Shown here in pieces: positions 1 to 11,944 of a stretch of DNA of 64,000 bases. Below the pieces are notes generated by a model, which searched no databases, was not told the origin of the DNA, and was given only the letters and a program-made list of their open reading frames with translations. Within the stretch, counting starts at the first letter, position 1, and every line of letters starts with the position of its first letter. The translations under genes were made by a program, and so were the position numbers. Source of the stretch: Psammoneis japonica (Eukaryota); assembly GCA_008632985.1 (NCBI GenBank), contig QPGO01000117.1, positions 186,001 through 250,000 on the forward strand. The letters run 5' to 3'.

Positions 1-607
1 GTGCAACTCCCTTCACGACTTCAGAGACGATGCAAAGCACAAGATGAGCTTCAGAAAAGCACTCCTTCGATTGTCTAAGTTTTTCAAGAAGCTGAGCCAG
101 CAAAATCTCCAAAGTGGAATTGGCTCTCCTTCGTCTTTTACAGGGATCGTTGCACCATCACCAGCAACTCCAGCACAGCCGCCGAGGTGGATGCGCGGTG
201 AAATTCAAAAGGAGCCAACCAATTTTGTGGCAAAAGGAACTGGAAAGTCTCCCAAGCGCTCTCACCTAGAAGCTCTGCTGAAACCAAAGGACAGTTCTGA
301 AGAGGTCCCTTCCAAGCGATTCAAGAGTTGTCGGGGTGCACCTGTGTTCAGAGCAAATGAAAACAATGGAAGTGAGAAAGGGAGTGGAGCTTTGGCGCGA
401 TGCATCATGTGCGACTCCAAGACACATTGGCATTGCTCTGGCTGTCGTCAATGGCATTGTTGCGATAGTCCCCGTCCGCAAAGCGCTGGAGTCCCACACT
501 TTCAAGATTCATCAACGCACCGTGATGGGAAAAACAGGGATCGACCAATCGCCGGCGTGTGCACATGCTTTGTGCACTGTCACCCATCCATTGTGAACCA
601 GGGATAG
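1..607 (+). pseudogene. 3' end of a piggyBac-like transposase with C-terminal Cys-rich zinc ribbon; TpA-depleted
   Basis: ORF 44..607 ends in CxxC..T.W.CxxC..C...CF..H (CIMCDSKTHWHCSGCRQWHCC...TCFVHCHP), resembling the piggyBac C-terminal cysteine-rich domain; no Tyr in 187 aa. Confidence 0.5.
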
Positions 608-719
608 CAACATGCATTTGCATTTAGTGAATGTATCATCTTTTTGACCACCGGCGTAATTGTGGTGCTTTGGAGTGTCATTTGTTTCAAGTGAATGTGC
701 GAATGTGTGAAATTTGCGC

Positions 720-995
720 TGACAGGATTTGAACAGGATTTGGGTGCGCGCGAAGTGTCGCGCGCTGTTCAGTTTGCCGCGCACAGTTTTGTGTGCTTTA
801 GTTCCGTGCGTTCACGCGCGATGCAGTTTGCTTTCGAGCCACAAGGCTCACAAGGATGACAACAGTGGCCCGATTATACCGACTTGCACGTCTTTCGGCT
901 CCTGCAACGGTCTCTGAGCGGAGACTCATCTGCTGTTTAGACAGCAGCAAGGAGTTGTTGTTTGAATTCTTGCCATTTGCCTTCAATTTCTGTCA
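720..995 (+). repeat. 5' LTR (276 bp)
   Basis: Aligns without gaps to 7512..7787 with 19 mismatches, all transitions; TG...CA ends. Confidence 0.95.
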
Positions 996-1892
996 GATTA
1001 ACAGTCTTGCTCATTGTCAACCCATTGAGCAACCGCCATCGTCGTCGTTGATTTACCGACGACGCTGTTTCAATTCTGCGTGGACCTCCGCATGCATTCT
1101 ACATACATCGGCAAGTCTACGCGCGTTCAATGCCAGGCATCGGCAGGAATTTAACGTCACCGTCAAGTCTCCTTACCGCTGGATGTCTGGATTGATTGTG
1201 CCACCTTTGATCGCTGAAGACATGCATCAACGGTCACATCCAAGTCTGTCCTTGATCCTCATCCCTTGACATGCCCATTCAACGGTTAACGGTCAAGCAC
1301 CCTGCACATTCAAGGACCTTCGTCGCTGAAGACATGCACACACACACATCTTCACGGCCAAGGACTTGAACCCACTCTTCGGACTGCGGTTTTGCTGCCA
1401 CTCTACAAGCACACCGAGTCCATTGTACCTGATCTACCCCGGACTGCTGGTGCTCCACAGTTCTGCCAGGTCCACGAGGACAACTGTGAGAGCAAGCAGC
1501 CGTGATTGCAGCCTGCGTTGGGGCGAGGGTGCTTTCCCGCATTTGTTCGTTCGTCCACAGCGCCTGACGCCTACGTCAACTGGCCAGCCTGATCGGGAAA
1601 TCCAACCGACATAAAATGAGAATGGTTTGGGGGTCTTGTTCACCTCTAGTCAGCTCACCTGCAGGGGTTTACAACCCACTGCTCTGCTCGCAAGCAACCC
1701 AAAGCGCCGCTGGCTGCGGGTTCAGACGTGCCGGCACAACTCTACGGACCGGATAGGAAGTTCAGCACTTGACAACGAACGGGATGGCACAGCCCGGCGA
1801 CTTCTGATTTTAAGGTGGTTCAAGATTTCAAGTCAAGTCTGTTTCAAGTCAAGTCTGTTCTCACCCAAGTTTCAAGTCTGCCTTCGCTCCCC

Positions 1893-4800
1893 ATGGTTCT
1901 CACTCGTCAGCAACAAACCGATGGTTTCGAGCACGTTGTTGGAACCGTGCTTGCCCAAGGTGCTGGGAGCCCTCTTCGTTTGGCTTTGGCCCAAGACGGC
2001 ACGGACTCGCATCAAGAACTGTTCACGTTCATACCGCCCCAAATCGACTCGCTTGAGTGCGACAATGGCGCCAATGTGATCCCTTTGCCCCGCGGTTATA
2101 AGAACATGTCAGCAGCTCTAGCCAGTCTGTGCATTGTCAAAGCACACGAAGGTCTTGACGTTGCCAATGACTCCTCGTTGTTCACGCATGACGAGGTCCT
2201 TGCCTGCCGCCTCAGCCCCGACTGCATGTCTTCTGTGTCCATCGGCAGCTCTCCCCTCGCACCTCCGCATGTCACCAACCCGACCAAGGCACGCGACCCG
2301 GTGCGAGACTTCAAGCGAGGCATCAAGCGTGATCCCACCGCTTTCATGGCTCTCAAATCCGACAAGCAGTGGCACACTTGGCACACCTCACTTGTGGCAC
2401 AAGCCCGTGCCCAAGACGTCGAGTGCGTTCTAGACTCGTCGTACAAACCGACCAGCCCCGAAGACAAACTGCTCTTTGCTGAACAGCAAAAGCACATGTT
2501 CGCCGTCTTCGAACGCATCCTTCTCACCGACAAGGGCAAGGCTCTCATCCGCGAAAATGTGGGGTCTTCTGATGCCCAGACCATCCACCGCACCTTGTCT
2601 GAGCATGCGCTTGCCTCCACCCGCGCATCTGTCCAGTCCTCCACCTTGCTCACGCACCTTGCCACCACACGTCTTGGTGATGGCACTTGGAAAGGTCCGA
2701 CCCACGGGTTCATCCTTCATTGGCAAGATCAGTTGCGCAAGTGCGAGGCACTCATCCCGGCCAGTGACCACTTCTCTGAAGGACAGAAGCGCGTCATGCT
2801 CGAGAATGCCGCACACCCTGTCGAGGAACTCCATGCTGTCAAGAACCAAGCTGATCAGCATCGTACGCAGAGTGGCAAGAGCCTCACATGCGATCAATGC
2901 TGTGGCTTGCTCCTCTCCGCGGCAGCTCAATGCGACAGTGCGTTTCAACCCAAGACGACACCTCGAGCTCCCCGACGCGCCATGTGCGCACATGACGTCT
3001 GCTCTGAGGAACCGTCCGACGATGTGTTCTGCGACATTGACAGCGACATTGACGTCCTTCAGGCCAATGCTGCCTGCACCCATGGTCCCAGCCTCACCGG
3101 TGACCAATGGAAACGTCTCCCTCCCGACCACCAACGGATTTGGGATTCGTTGCCCCATTCCTCCAAGGCGATCATCCTTGAGCATTCTCGTCCGCCTCCC
3201 CGCAACCCGCGAGCCAGCAACTGCCATGAGTCCATTGCGAGCCAACCTTCACGACCAACGCCTTGGGAGTGACGGTGATGTCAACTTGTCCAACATGACT
3301 CCTGCTGACTCTGGTGACTCCGCTCCAAATGTGGGTGCCACCTCGGACAATCCCATCCTGGCGCACCTCACCAAGCGCAAGCCACTGCCACCCGGTGATC
3401 TGCAACGTCTGTTGTCTCCTAACCAAGCCCCCAACGCCAGTCGACCGGGGCCATCCGCCGCTCCCTCTACCCCGCCAGCTCCTGCCGATGACACAGAACT
3501 CAACGGCCGCACTTGCCACCGCGTCAACAACCACAATGTCATTTACTCTGCCTCTGCTCATCGCTCCACACGCACTGGCGCTCTAGTCGATCGTGGGGCC
3601 AACGGCGGCATTGCTGGCGACGACATTCGCGTCATTGCACGCACCTCTCGCCAAGTCGACGTTCAGGGCATTGACGACCACCAATTGGTGGACATCCCCA
3701 TTGTCACTGCTGGTGCCGTCATTGAGACCCAGCGTGGTCCCGTCATCGCCATCCTCCATCAGCACGCATGCACGGGCAAGGGCAAGACCATTCGTTCCTG
3801 CGGCCAGCTCGAATGGTGCAAACAGGATGTCAACGATCGCTCTGTCAAGGTGCCCAACGGCTTGCAACGTGTTGCCACTCCTGATGGCTGTGTCATCCCC
3901 ATTGACATCAAGGGCGGCCTGCCTTGTGTTGCCATGCGACCTTACACTGACACCGAATGGGACACCCTGCCCCATGTCATCCTCACCAGTGATGACACAT
4001 GGGATCCTTCCGTCCTCGATCACTCTGTCACTGATGACAACCAGTGGTGCGACGCGATCTCTGACCTGCAGGACGATCCCACTGCCAACCCATTTGACGA
4101 ATGCGGCAACTGCCGTCATCGTGTCGTTGTCAATGAGACCATCATGTCCGCTTCCTTGTCTGCCGATCACGCGTCTGCCCTCGATGATCATCTCATTCCG
4201 AACAACGACGTGTTCTACGAGTGTCATCTACACGCGATTGACCCCAAGGACGACGACGTTCCGCCCCCGGAGCGCACTGTGCAGCCCAAGGACCCCCCCT
4301 TCGAGTCTCTTTGGCCTTGCTTTGGCTTCCCACCTGCCGATGCGGTCCGTCGTACTTTTGACTGCACCACGCAGTGCGTCCGCATGCCCGCCGGTGCACA
4401 CCTCAGGAAGGCCTGCAAATCACCCAACCCCGCCCTTAATGTGCACCGCCGCAACGACCCCATCGCCACTGACACCGTTTGTGCTGACACCCCGGCCGTC
4501 GACTCCAGTTGCACCAGCGCCCAACTGTTTGTTGGCACCGAGTCTACCGTCACTGACGTCTGCGGCACCAAGACAGACAAGGAGTTTGTCAACACACTCG
4601 AGGATCAGATCCATGAGCGTGGTGCCCCATCCAAACTCATTAGCGACCGTGCTCAAGTTGAGATCAGCAACAAGGTGCTCGGGATTCTACGAGCCCTCTT
4701 CATCTCCAGCTGGCAAAGTGAGCCTCACCAGCAACACCAAAACTTTGCCGAGCGTCGACACCAGACCGTGAAGCGCATGGCGAACACTGTCATGGATCGT

Positions 4801-7564
4801 TTCGGTTCGCCTGCCCACACATGGCTGCTGGCGCTCATGCACATGTGCTTCACACTCAACCACACAGCATCCCCACGTCTCCACTGGCGCACGCCCCTCG
4901 AGACTCTCACTGGCTCCACCCCGGACATCAGCCCATTGCTTCGCTTTCACTGGTGGGAACCCGTGTGCTTCCACCTCGATGACTCCGATTGGCCGTCCGA
5001 ATCCCGTGAGTTGCGTGGACGCTTTGTTGGCATTGCTGAGCACGTCGGCCACCAGATGACCTTCAAGATTCTCTCTGACGAGACTCAGAAGATCCTCCAC
5101 CGGTCCAACGTACGATCCGCCACCACCGATCCTGCCGTTCGAAACCTGCGTCTTGATCCTCCTGATGGGGAGCCACCTGAACCCATCATCAAATCTTGCC
5201 ATGACGACAACCCCGTCGACTCTCCTGATGGGGAGATCAGGACACCCAAGATGCCAGTTTTCGATCCGCAAGACATCATTGGACGCACCTTCCTCATGCA
5301 GCCACAAGAGGACGGACAACGCCACAGAGCTCGCATCGTCAAGGCCGTCGAAGACCACGAATGGAAAGTGAACGGCAATCCCGAGCTCACTAAGTTCATC
5401 TGCTCTGTCAACAATGACGAATGCGAGGAAGTCCTTGCCTGCAACGACATCATGAATCACATTGAGCAAGAAGACGAAGACACCACTGTTTGGAAATTTC
5501 GACGCATCGTGTCACACGAAGGACCTCTGAAGCCTCATGACCCAACCTGGAAAGGCTCAAGCTGCAACATCATGCTTGAATGGGAAAGTGGGGAGATCAC
5601 GTCCGAGCCTCTTGCCATCATCGCCAAGGACAACCCCGTCACCTGCGCCATCTATGCACGAGAGAACGGACTTCTCGACACTGATGGCTGGAAGCGGTTC
5701 CGCACCATCGCGAGGCGCCAGAAGAAGCCATTTCGCATGGCCAACCAAGCCAAGCTTCGCTCCTTCCACACTGCACCTTGCCACAAGTGCGGATGCGAAG
5801 TTCCCCGGAACCACAAACACGCCATGTCACTAGACGAACACAACGGCAACCGCAAATGGGGAGATGCAACTAATCTCGAGATGGACCAACTCGGGGAATG
5901 CAAAGTCTTCCATGACTGCGGGCCCTTCGAGTCTTCCACTCCTCCTGCTGGACACAAGAAGATCCGAGTGCACCCAGTGTGCGACGTGAAACACGACAGT
6001 CGCCACAAGGCACAACTCGCAGCCGATGGGCACCTCACGGACGTACCCATCGACAGTGTCCACTCCGGAGTGGTCTCCCTCCGTGGCCTTCGGCTGATGA
6101 TTTTCCTGGCCAAACTCAACGAGTTGGAGACATGGGCCACTGACATTGGCAATGCCTGTCTTGAAGCCACCACCAAGGAGAAGCTCTACATTGCAGCCGG
6201 ACCCGAATTTGGCAAACTCGAAGGACACATCCTTGTCATCCACAAGGCCCTGCATGGACTGCGCAGCTCCGGTCTCCGCTGGCACGAGCGCTTCGCCGAC
6301 TGCCTGCGAGCTGAAGGCTTCTTCCCCTGCCGCGCCGAACCCGACATTTGGATGCGCAGGAACGGCGACCACTGTGGGTGCATTGCCATTTGTGTGGATG
6401 ACCTCGCCATTGCCATGAAGGACCCTCAATCTTTCGTCGACACTCTCACGGAAAAGTGCAAGTTCAAGCTCAAGGGTGCGGGACCCATTGAGTTCCATCT
6501 GGGTTGCGACTTTTCCCGGGATCCCGACGGCACCTTGTGCCTGTCTCCGCGCAAGCACATCGAGCGCATGGTCGACAGCCTGCACCCGACTGTTTGGGGA
6601 GAAACCCACCACCAACGCCCTGTCACCTCTGGAGAAGGGTGACCACCCCGAACTGGACACTTCCGAACTGCTGGAGCCCGATGGCATTCACAAGTTCCAG
6701 TCTCTTGTTGGTTCACTCCAATGGGCAGTGTCCCTTGGTCGAATTGACATTGCCACGGCCGTCATGTCACTCTCTAGCTTCCGAGCTGCGCCCCGTCAAG
6801 GCCACTTGGATCGTGCCAAACGCGTCTGTGGGTGCCTCTCCAAGATGCGACATGGCGCTCTCCGCGTTCACACGGAAGAGCCCGACTGTTCGGATCTCCC
6901 TGCTCTGGCCCATGAATGGATGCATTCCGTGCATGGCAAAGCAGAAGAGATGATCCCGAAGGACGCTCCACCGCCCCTTGGCAAGTTCGTCACTGCCACC
7001 CACTGCGTCAATGCAAACTTGCACCATTGCATGCTCACCGGATGCTCTGTCATGGGAATGCTCCACTTCCTCAACAAATTCCCAGCTGATTGGTTCTCTG
7101 AGAAGCAAGCCACCATGGAGACTGTGACCTGCGGGTCTGAATTTGTTGCTGCAAGGACTTGTGTCGAGCAGATTGTCGACCTGCGCATCACCCTGCGCTG
7201 CCTTGGCGTCCCGATCCACAATGTCAGTTACATGTTCGGTGACAACAAGTCGGTTGTAGACAGTGCCACCATCCCGCACTCCAAGTTACACAAGCGACAC
7301 ACCGCACTGTCATTCCACCATGTGCGTGAGGCAATTGCCTCTGGTTGCCTTGAGTTCCACTTCATCGAAGGCTCCCGCAACCCTGCTGACATTCTCAGCA
7401 AGCATTGGGGTCACTCCCAAATCTGGGACCTTCTCCACCCCCTCATGTTCTGGAACTTCATTCCATCCGAAGTTGAATCTGTTTCTGTGACTCCTCAAGC
7501 AAACTGGGGAGTGACAGGATTTGAACAGGATTCAGGTGCGCGCGAAATGTCGTGCGCTGTTTAG
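1893..7564 (+). pseudogene. Copia gag-pol polyprotein, two frameshifts (~3230, ~6580) and systematic Tyr->Cys/His changes
   Basis: Overlapping ORFs 1815..3272 (gag; FKRGIKRDP), 2476..6642 (PR-INT-RT) and 6476..7564 (RT end, RNase H); RT catalytic motif reads CVDD (TGT at 6391-6393); last ORF runs into the 3' LTR. Confidence 0.9.
7501..7511 (+). other. Polypurine tract
   Basis: aaactggggag directly abuts the TG of the 3' LTR. Confidence 0.6.
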
Positions 7565-7787
7565 TTTGCCACGCACAGTTTTGTGTGCTTTAGTTCCGCG
7601 CATTCACGCGCGATGCAGTTTGCTTTCGAGCCACAAGGCTCACAAGAACAACAACAGTGGCCCGATTGTGCCGACTTGCACATCTTTCGGCTCCTGCAAC
7701 GGTCTCTGAGTGGAGACTCATCTGCCATTTAGACAGCAGTGAGGAGTTGTTGTTTGAATTCTTGCCATTTGCCTTCAATTTCTGTCA
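7512..7787 (+). repeat. 3' LTR (276 bp)
   Basis: Direct repeat of 720..995. Confidence 0.95.
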
Positions 7788-8300
7788 CAAACCCCACCAC
7801 TCCTTCAACCTTGTGATGAACGGCCTTCATGCGCTGTCCCGCACAATTGTGTCAAATGCTTTTGCCTTCTGCATCTTGTAGATCATGTCCCGTTTCATGC
7901 AGTGGTTGCATTGCTTTCCCCAGATTGCCTTGTCCTTCTCTGATGTGGGTTTGCTTGATGGATGTTCTGGCTCCTCCACTTTGTTCTCCTGCCTCAGAGA
8001 TGCCAGTGCCTGCATTTCTGGCCTGAACATTCTTCCAACATGCTCACTCATTTTCTTGTGGTCTCCATGCAACCATCTGCCTGTCAACGTCACTCTGCAA
8101 TGGTGTTGTGCACACCCACTCCTTCAAATCTTTCATGCCTGCTCCACACTCAGTTGTGTCCTTGCCCATGTCAATGTTTGTTCCAGTCCAGCACAACTTT
8201 GCCCCACCCTCTTTCAGCAGACTCTGAACAGCTTCCTCACAGCAAGGTCCTCAGAGACTGTTTCTTTGCCTTTGTCTGGCCAGCACATTTGTCACAATCC
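7788..8300 (-). pseudogene. Degraded gag fragment of a second, different copia-like element, cut off by the 3' LTR
   Basis: ORF 7827..8093: EEPEHP...DKAIWGKQCNHCMKR...QKAKAFDTI resembles diatom copia gag (IWGKEYD.Y.KR...QKAK.F..I) with Y->C/H. Confidence 0.5.
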
Positions 8301-8416
8301 AATGATGGCACAAGTTGCGCCCTTGGATTCTTGATGACTTCCCAGCCAGCCCTTTTTGACTTTTGTGTTGGGATTTCATGGCTTGCTGACAGGTGTGTGC
8401 TCAGCCTCACCAGCCC

Positions 8417-9800
8417 TCAAACTTCCAGCATGGGGACCACAAACACATTTCCATTTCCATTGCTGCCATTGCTGTGTTGACTGGGTGCAAAAGCCAAAAA
8501 GTTGTGAGCACAAGACCCGCAACTCAACATGAGTTGCAATTGTAAATTTGCCACATGATCATCAACAATCATCAGTGCACCATTCACTGCAATGTTGTCT
8601 GTCTGTCCTGTGAAAACTGCCTCACAACCTGATGATGTTCCAACACTCAGCTGCTTTTGCCTTGTGGGTTGGCTTGCCAGGCCACTTTGGATTGAGCCAA
8701 TTGTGTTTCTGACCTGTGTCCATTTGTTGCACATTTCTGAGACTTGCAAATGGCAATGGAACCATTGTTGACACTGACTTGAAAGGCATCTTCACTTTCT
8801 GCCTTCTTGTTGTCCCCAATGGCAGCAGTGGAGCTGTCCAATGAGATGGATGTGGTTGACCCCGCCTGCTGCACTTCACAGCCTGGTGACAATTCTGTTG
8901 TGGTCGTGCCATCTGAGTCCTTGCCAAGCTTTGTTTTTGTGAGACCAGAATGAGTCAAATGGCTGTGATTGGACTTTCTGATGTTTGTCACAGCCCATGC
9001 TCCAACCACAGTCCCACTGCCATCACCACCCAAGTCAACTGCCGGACCAAATTTGTTGCCAGGTTGCACTTCTCCAATCAACAAATTCTTGCTCAAAATC
9101 TCATCATCCATTGTGGCACATCCATCTGAAAGCTGAAGACCAAAACACAGCTCCCAATTGCAAGGACCTGACCATTTTCCAACAAAGCCAGAGGGCTGCC
9201 ATTGCAGGTGCCATCATCAGACAAAAAGACATCATCATTGGCATGCAGCCACTTGCGCTCATCATCATCCACAAAACCACCAACTCTGCCCAGCAGGACA
9301 ACCCACAGGTGGTTGGATCACCCGCTCCCTCCCAAAGTGTTTTGAAACTCCACCTGTGCCTTCTTGCCAATCTCCTCCATGTCACTGTTCCTTGGGATGC
9401 ACCAACCTCACCAGAGCTTGGCCATCTCCTGACAAAAGAGCCACCATGATGTGGCCAGTCACACACCTGTCTCATCAGCAACCATGGCTGGTTGCAACCA
9501 TGAGCCCTCAACAAGGCTGCCATTGTGCACACACTGCCAGCAGCACAGACGTTGCTCTGCACAAGATGTGCTCCACCCAGAGGAGAAAGATCCACCACAA
9601 CTCACCCAAAAAGGCTTCTCACCTCCTCTTGGACCAAGTTGGCAAACCCCAGAAAACAGGTTGCTGCCCAACAAAATTGCTTTGCTGAGTGGCTTCAGCA
9701 CAAGGCTCATTTGATCAGGAGATGGCACCACAGAAGGGGGTGATGGCAGGGTGGTTGGATTTTGTGACACAGGTTTGCCACCCTTGGCTGTCAACAAAGA
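8417..9800 (-). pseudogene. Degraded host-like gene with FG-GAP/integrin-type beta-propeller repeats
   Basis: Fragments GNKFGPAVDLGGDGSGTVVGAW and SISLDSSTAAIGD resemble FG.SV.LS.DG..VAVGA repeats; broken frames; TA/CG-poor. Confidence 0.4.
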
Positions 9801-9828
9801 GCCTCATGTCATCATTGCGACCACTGCA

Positions 9829-9930
9829 GCTGTGGCAACAACAATGCAAACAACCAAAATGGCAAGCAGGCAAGACACAGCTGTGGTGACAACAGCACAA
9901 ATGACCAAAATGACAAGTGGGCAAGACACA
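9829..9930. repeat. 51-bp tandem repeat x2
   Basis: gctgtggcaacaacaatgcaaacaaccaaaatggcaagcaggcaagacaca versus gctgtggtgacaacagcacaaatgaccaaaatgacaagtgggcaagacaca. Confidence 0.85.
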
Positions 9931-11944
9931 CAATTTGGCCCTCTTGTTGCCCCAGTCCAGCCATCACTGCAGCACTGTCTTGAGGAAGTTGATGCAAACC
10001 CGCTGCAGCCAATGATGACATTGATGCAGTGGATGAGGTGTCTAAACCATTGCCCTCTTCTGGACATTTGCAACCATTGCTCCATCAGACTCCATGCATT
10101 TTGAGGCTGCAACTGTCCAATCGAAGACAAACGCTGCAGCAAGAACTTTTGAAATGTGCCACTTCACTTGTCATGGTGGCATGTCACATGCCAATTTTTC
10201 ACATGCCTGCCACCAGCCATTTTTCCAGCACCCACTGGTTCAAAGCTGGCGGCAATGAAAATGCCAGAAAACACAGGTGCAAAATGGTGGTGGCATGAGA
10301 AAGTTTTGGCCAACAAGAAGGAGATTGGTCTGGCAGCAACTGAGAGAATGAGATGGCTCAAGCAAAACTCAAGAGCAGCTCTGGCCCATCATCGCCCAAG
10401 CAAGGAATGCTGCACCAGGGTGCTCATGTGCAGAGCAAGTGTTTGGTTCCAGAGAACCTTTTGAGACTTTCAGGAAGCAGCTGTGCAATTGTTGTTCCAC
10501 CATGACAACGTGTTTCTCATTGTCAAATTCTTGGTGAGCTGTCAAGGAACATGCAGTTGATCTGCATTGACAAAACTGCGTTGATGCATCTGTCCTGTGG
10601 AGTGACAAATTTCAGTGAACAGAAGTTCTCTGTTTCTTGAATCCACTCTGTGGTGGATTGATGGCAGAGATGTGAAATGTCAAATCTCAAAAATAAAAAG
10701 TGTGGCTTGCGATGAGTTTTTCAATGGATTGCGCAAACTGTTTTTTGTGTGAAAGAGCTGGGCTGCAGTTTTCACGAGGTCAACAATGAACCACAAAATG
10801 GAACAATGCTGTGGAATGGGATTCATGTTGACGTTGTCGTCCATCTTGGTGTTGAGAAAGGGTCAGTTTCCCTTCGTCGTGCCCCGAGCCACAAGTCTTG
10901 AAGCCTGCGATGCACCCGCTCGACTTGAACATTTTTAAGTTTTGGCTGGAGAGAGACTTTGACCTCCCAACAGAGAGCAGAGCCACAAAATGCACAAGAT
11001 GTGAGCATCATTGGTCTCCTGCTCTTTAAACCAATGTTTTGCAAGAATGCAGCAGATGTGTTTTGTTCATGGTGTCAGGCATTTGAAGGTGGAGCTGACT
11101 TTTCACGGAGCACCATCGCACAGGAGGAAAGCGTGAGGGACAATGCTTGGTGACAGCTCCGCAACTGTCGCGACTCTCTGCTTGTGACCCCAAAAAGTTG
11201 TCGGAAACTTCGCATCAGTGTGACATTGGTCGGTTGGAAATGCATTTTGGTTGAAAAAAAGGGTTTTTGGTTTTTGTGACATTGTGCGTGGAAGCATGAC
11301 GTTGGGCCTCACAGCAGCCATGGGAGGGGACTCCGCAGAAATCACGCAGAAACGAATTTTTTTGGATCGAAACGAGAGTCACCTCATTCAACAGAGGGTG
11401 TTCAGAGGTGCTTGGAACGGGGCACAACTTTTTCATTGGCCTTGCATTTGTCGAGATTGAGAGTGATGAAGTGACCGCCATTTTCCCGCACTTTGCCGTG
11501 CAGCCACGACTGAAAAAATTCGAGTTTTTCGCACGTTGACTCATTTGTAGTTTTGGAATGTTGTTGTGGCTTTAAAGATGCCAATGGTGACTGACATCAT
11601 AAGTACAAGCTCTCGCGTCTCTCACAATGCATCTACCAAGTCACCTGACTGCGCAGTTGGAGAGAACGTGAAACAGCACTTTTCTCGATTTTGCGGCACT
11701 TCACCGTGTAAAAATCAACTGAGCACAAATGCACGCCATTTTCGCGGTGAAATTAAGGTCACATTTTCACAAGTGTAAAGAAATCTACCTTTTTTATTCT
11801 TTCCACTTGTCTGTTCTATGTTTAGAATTCCCCGTCACCCTTGGAGCAACAATCCAACTCGCCTCTCTCACAAGGTCACGTTCACTCGTTGTCTCCTCTG
11901 TTCTCGTGTTCGCATCCTTCTGCTTGTCACCATGGAGTCCTCTT

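Larger units (their letters stand above)
720..7787 (+). mobile_element. Full-length Ty1/copia LTR retrotransposon (diatom CoDi type), inactivated
   Basis: Two 276-bp direct repeats with TGACAG...CTGTCA termini; gag, protease (LVDRGANGG), integrase (SDRAQVE, QNFAERR), RT and RNase H (FGDNKSVV, NPADILSK) in copia order; purine-rich tract before the 3' LTR. Confidence 0.95.

Noticed and set aside
996..1015. Primer-binding site after the 5' LTR
   Set aside because: gattaacagtcttgc could not be matched to a tRNA by eye.
3225..3245. Programmed gag-pol frameshift
   Set aside because: No slippery site seen; copia gag-pol is usually a single ORF, so this is probably a decay indel.
1893..7500. Alternative genetic code or natural Tyr avoidance as the explanation for Y->C/H
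   Set aside because: Neighbouring genes use TAT/TAC normally, non-coding LTRs show the same change, and both Cys and His replace Tyr.
720..7787. ADAR/RT-mediated editing or classical RIP
   Set aside because: RNA editing would be strand-biased and limited to retroelements; RIP creates rather than removes TpA.
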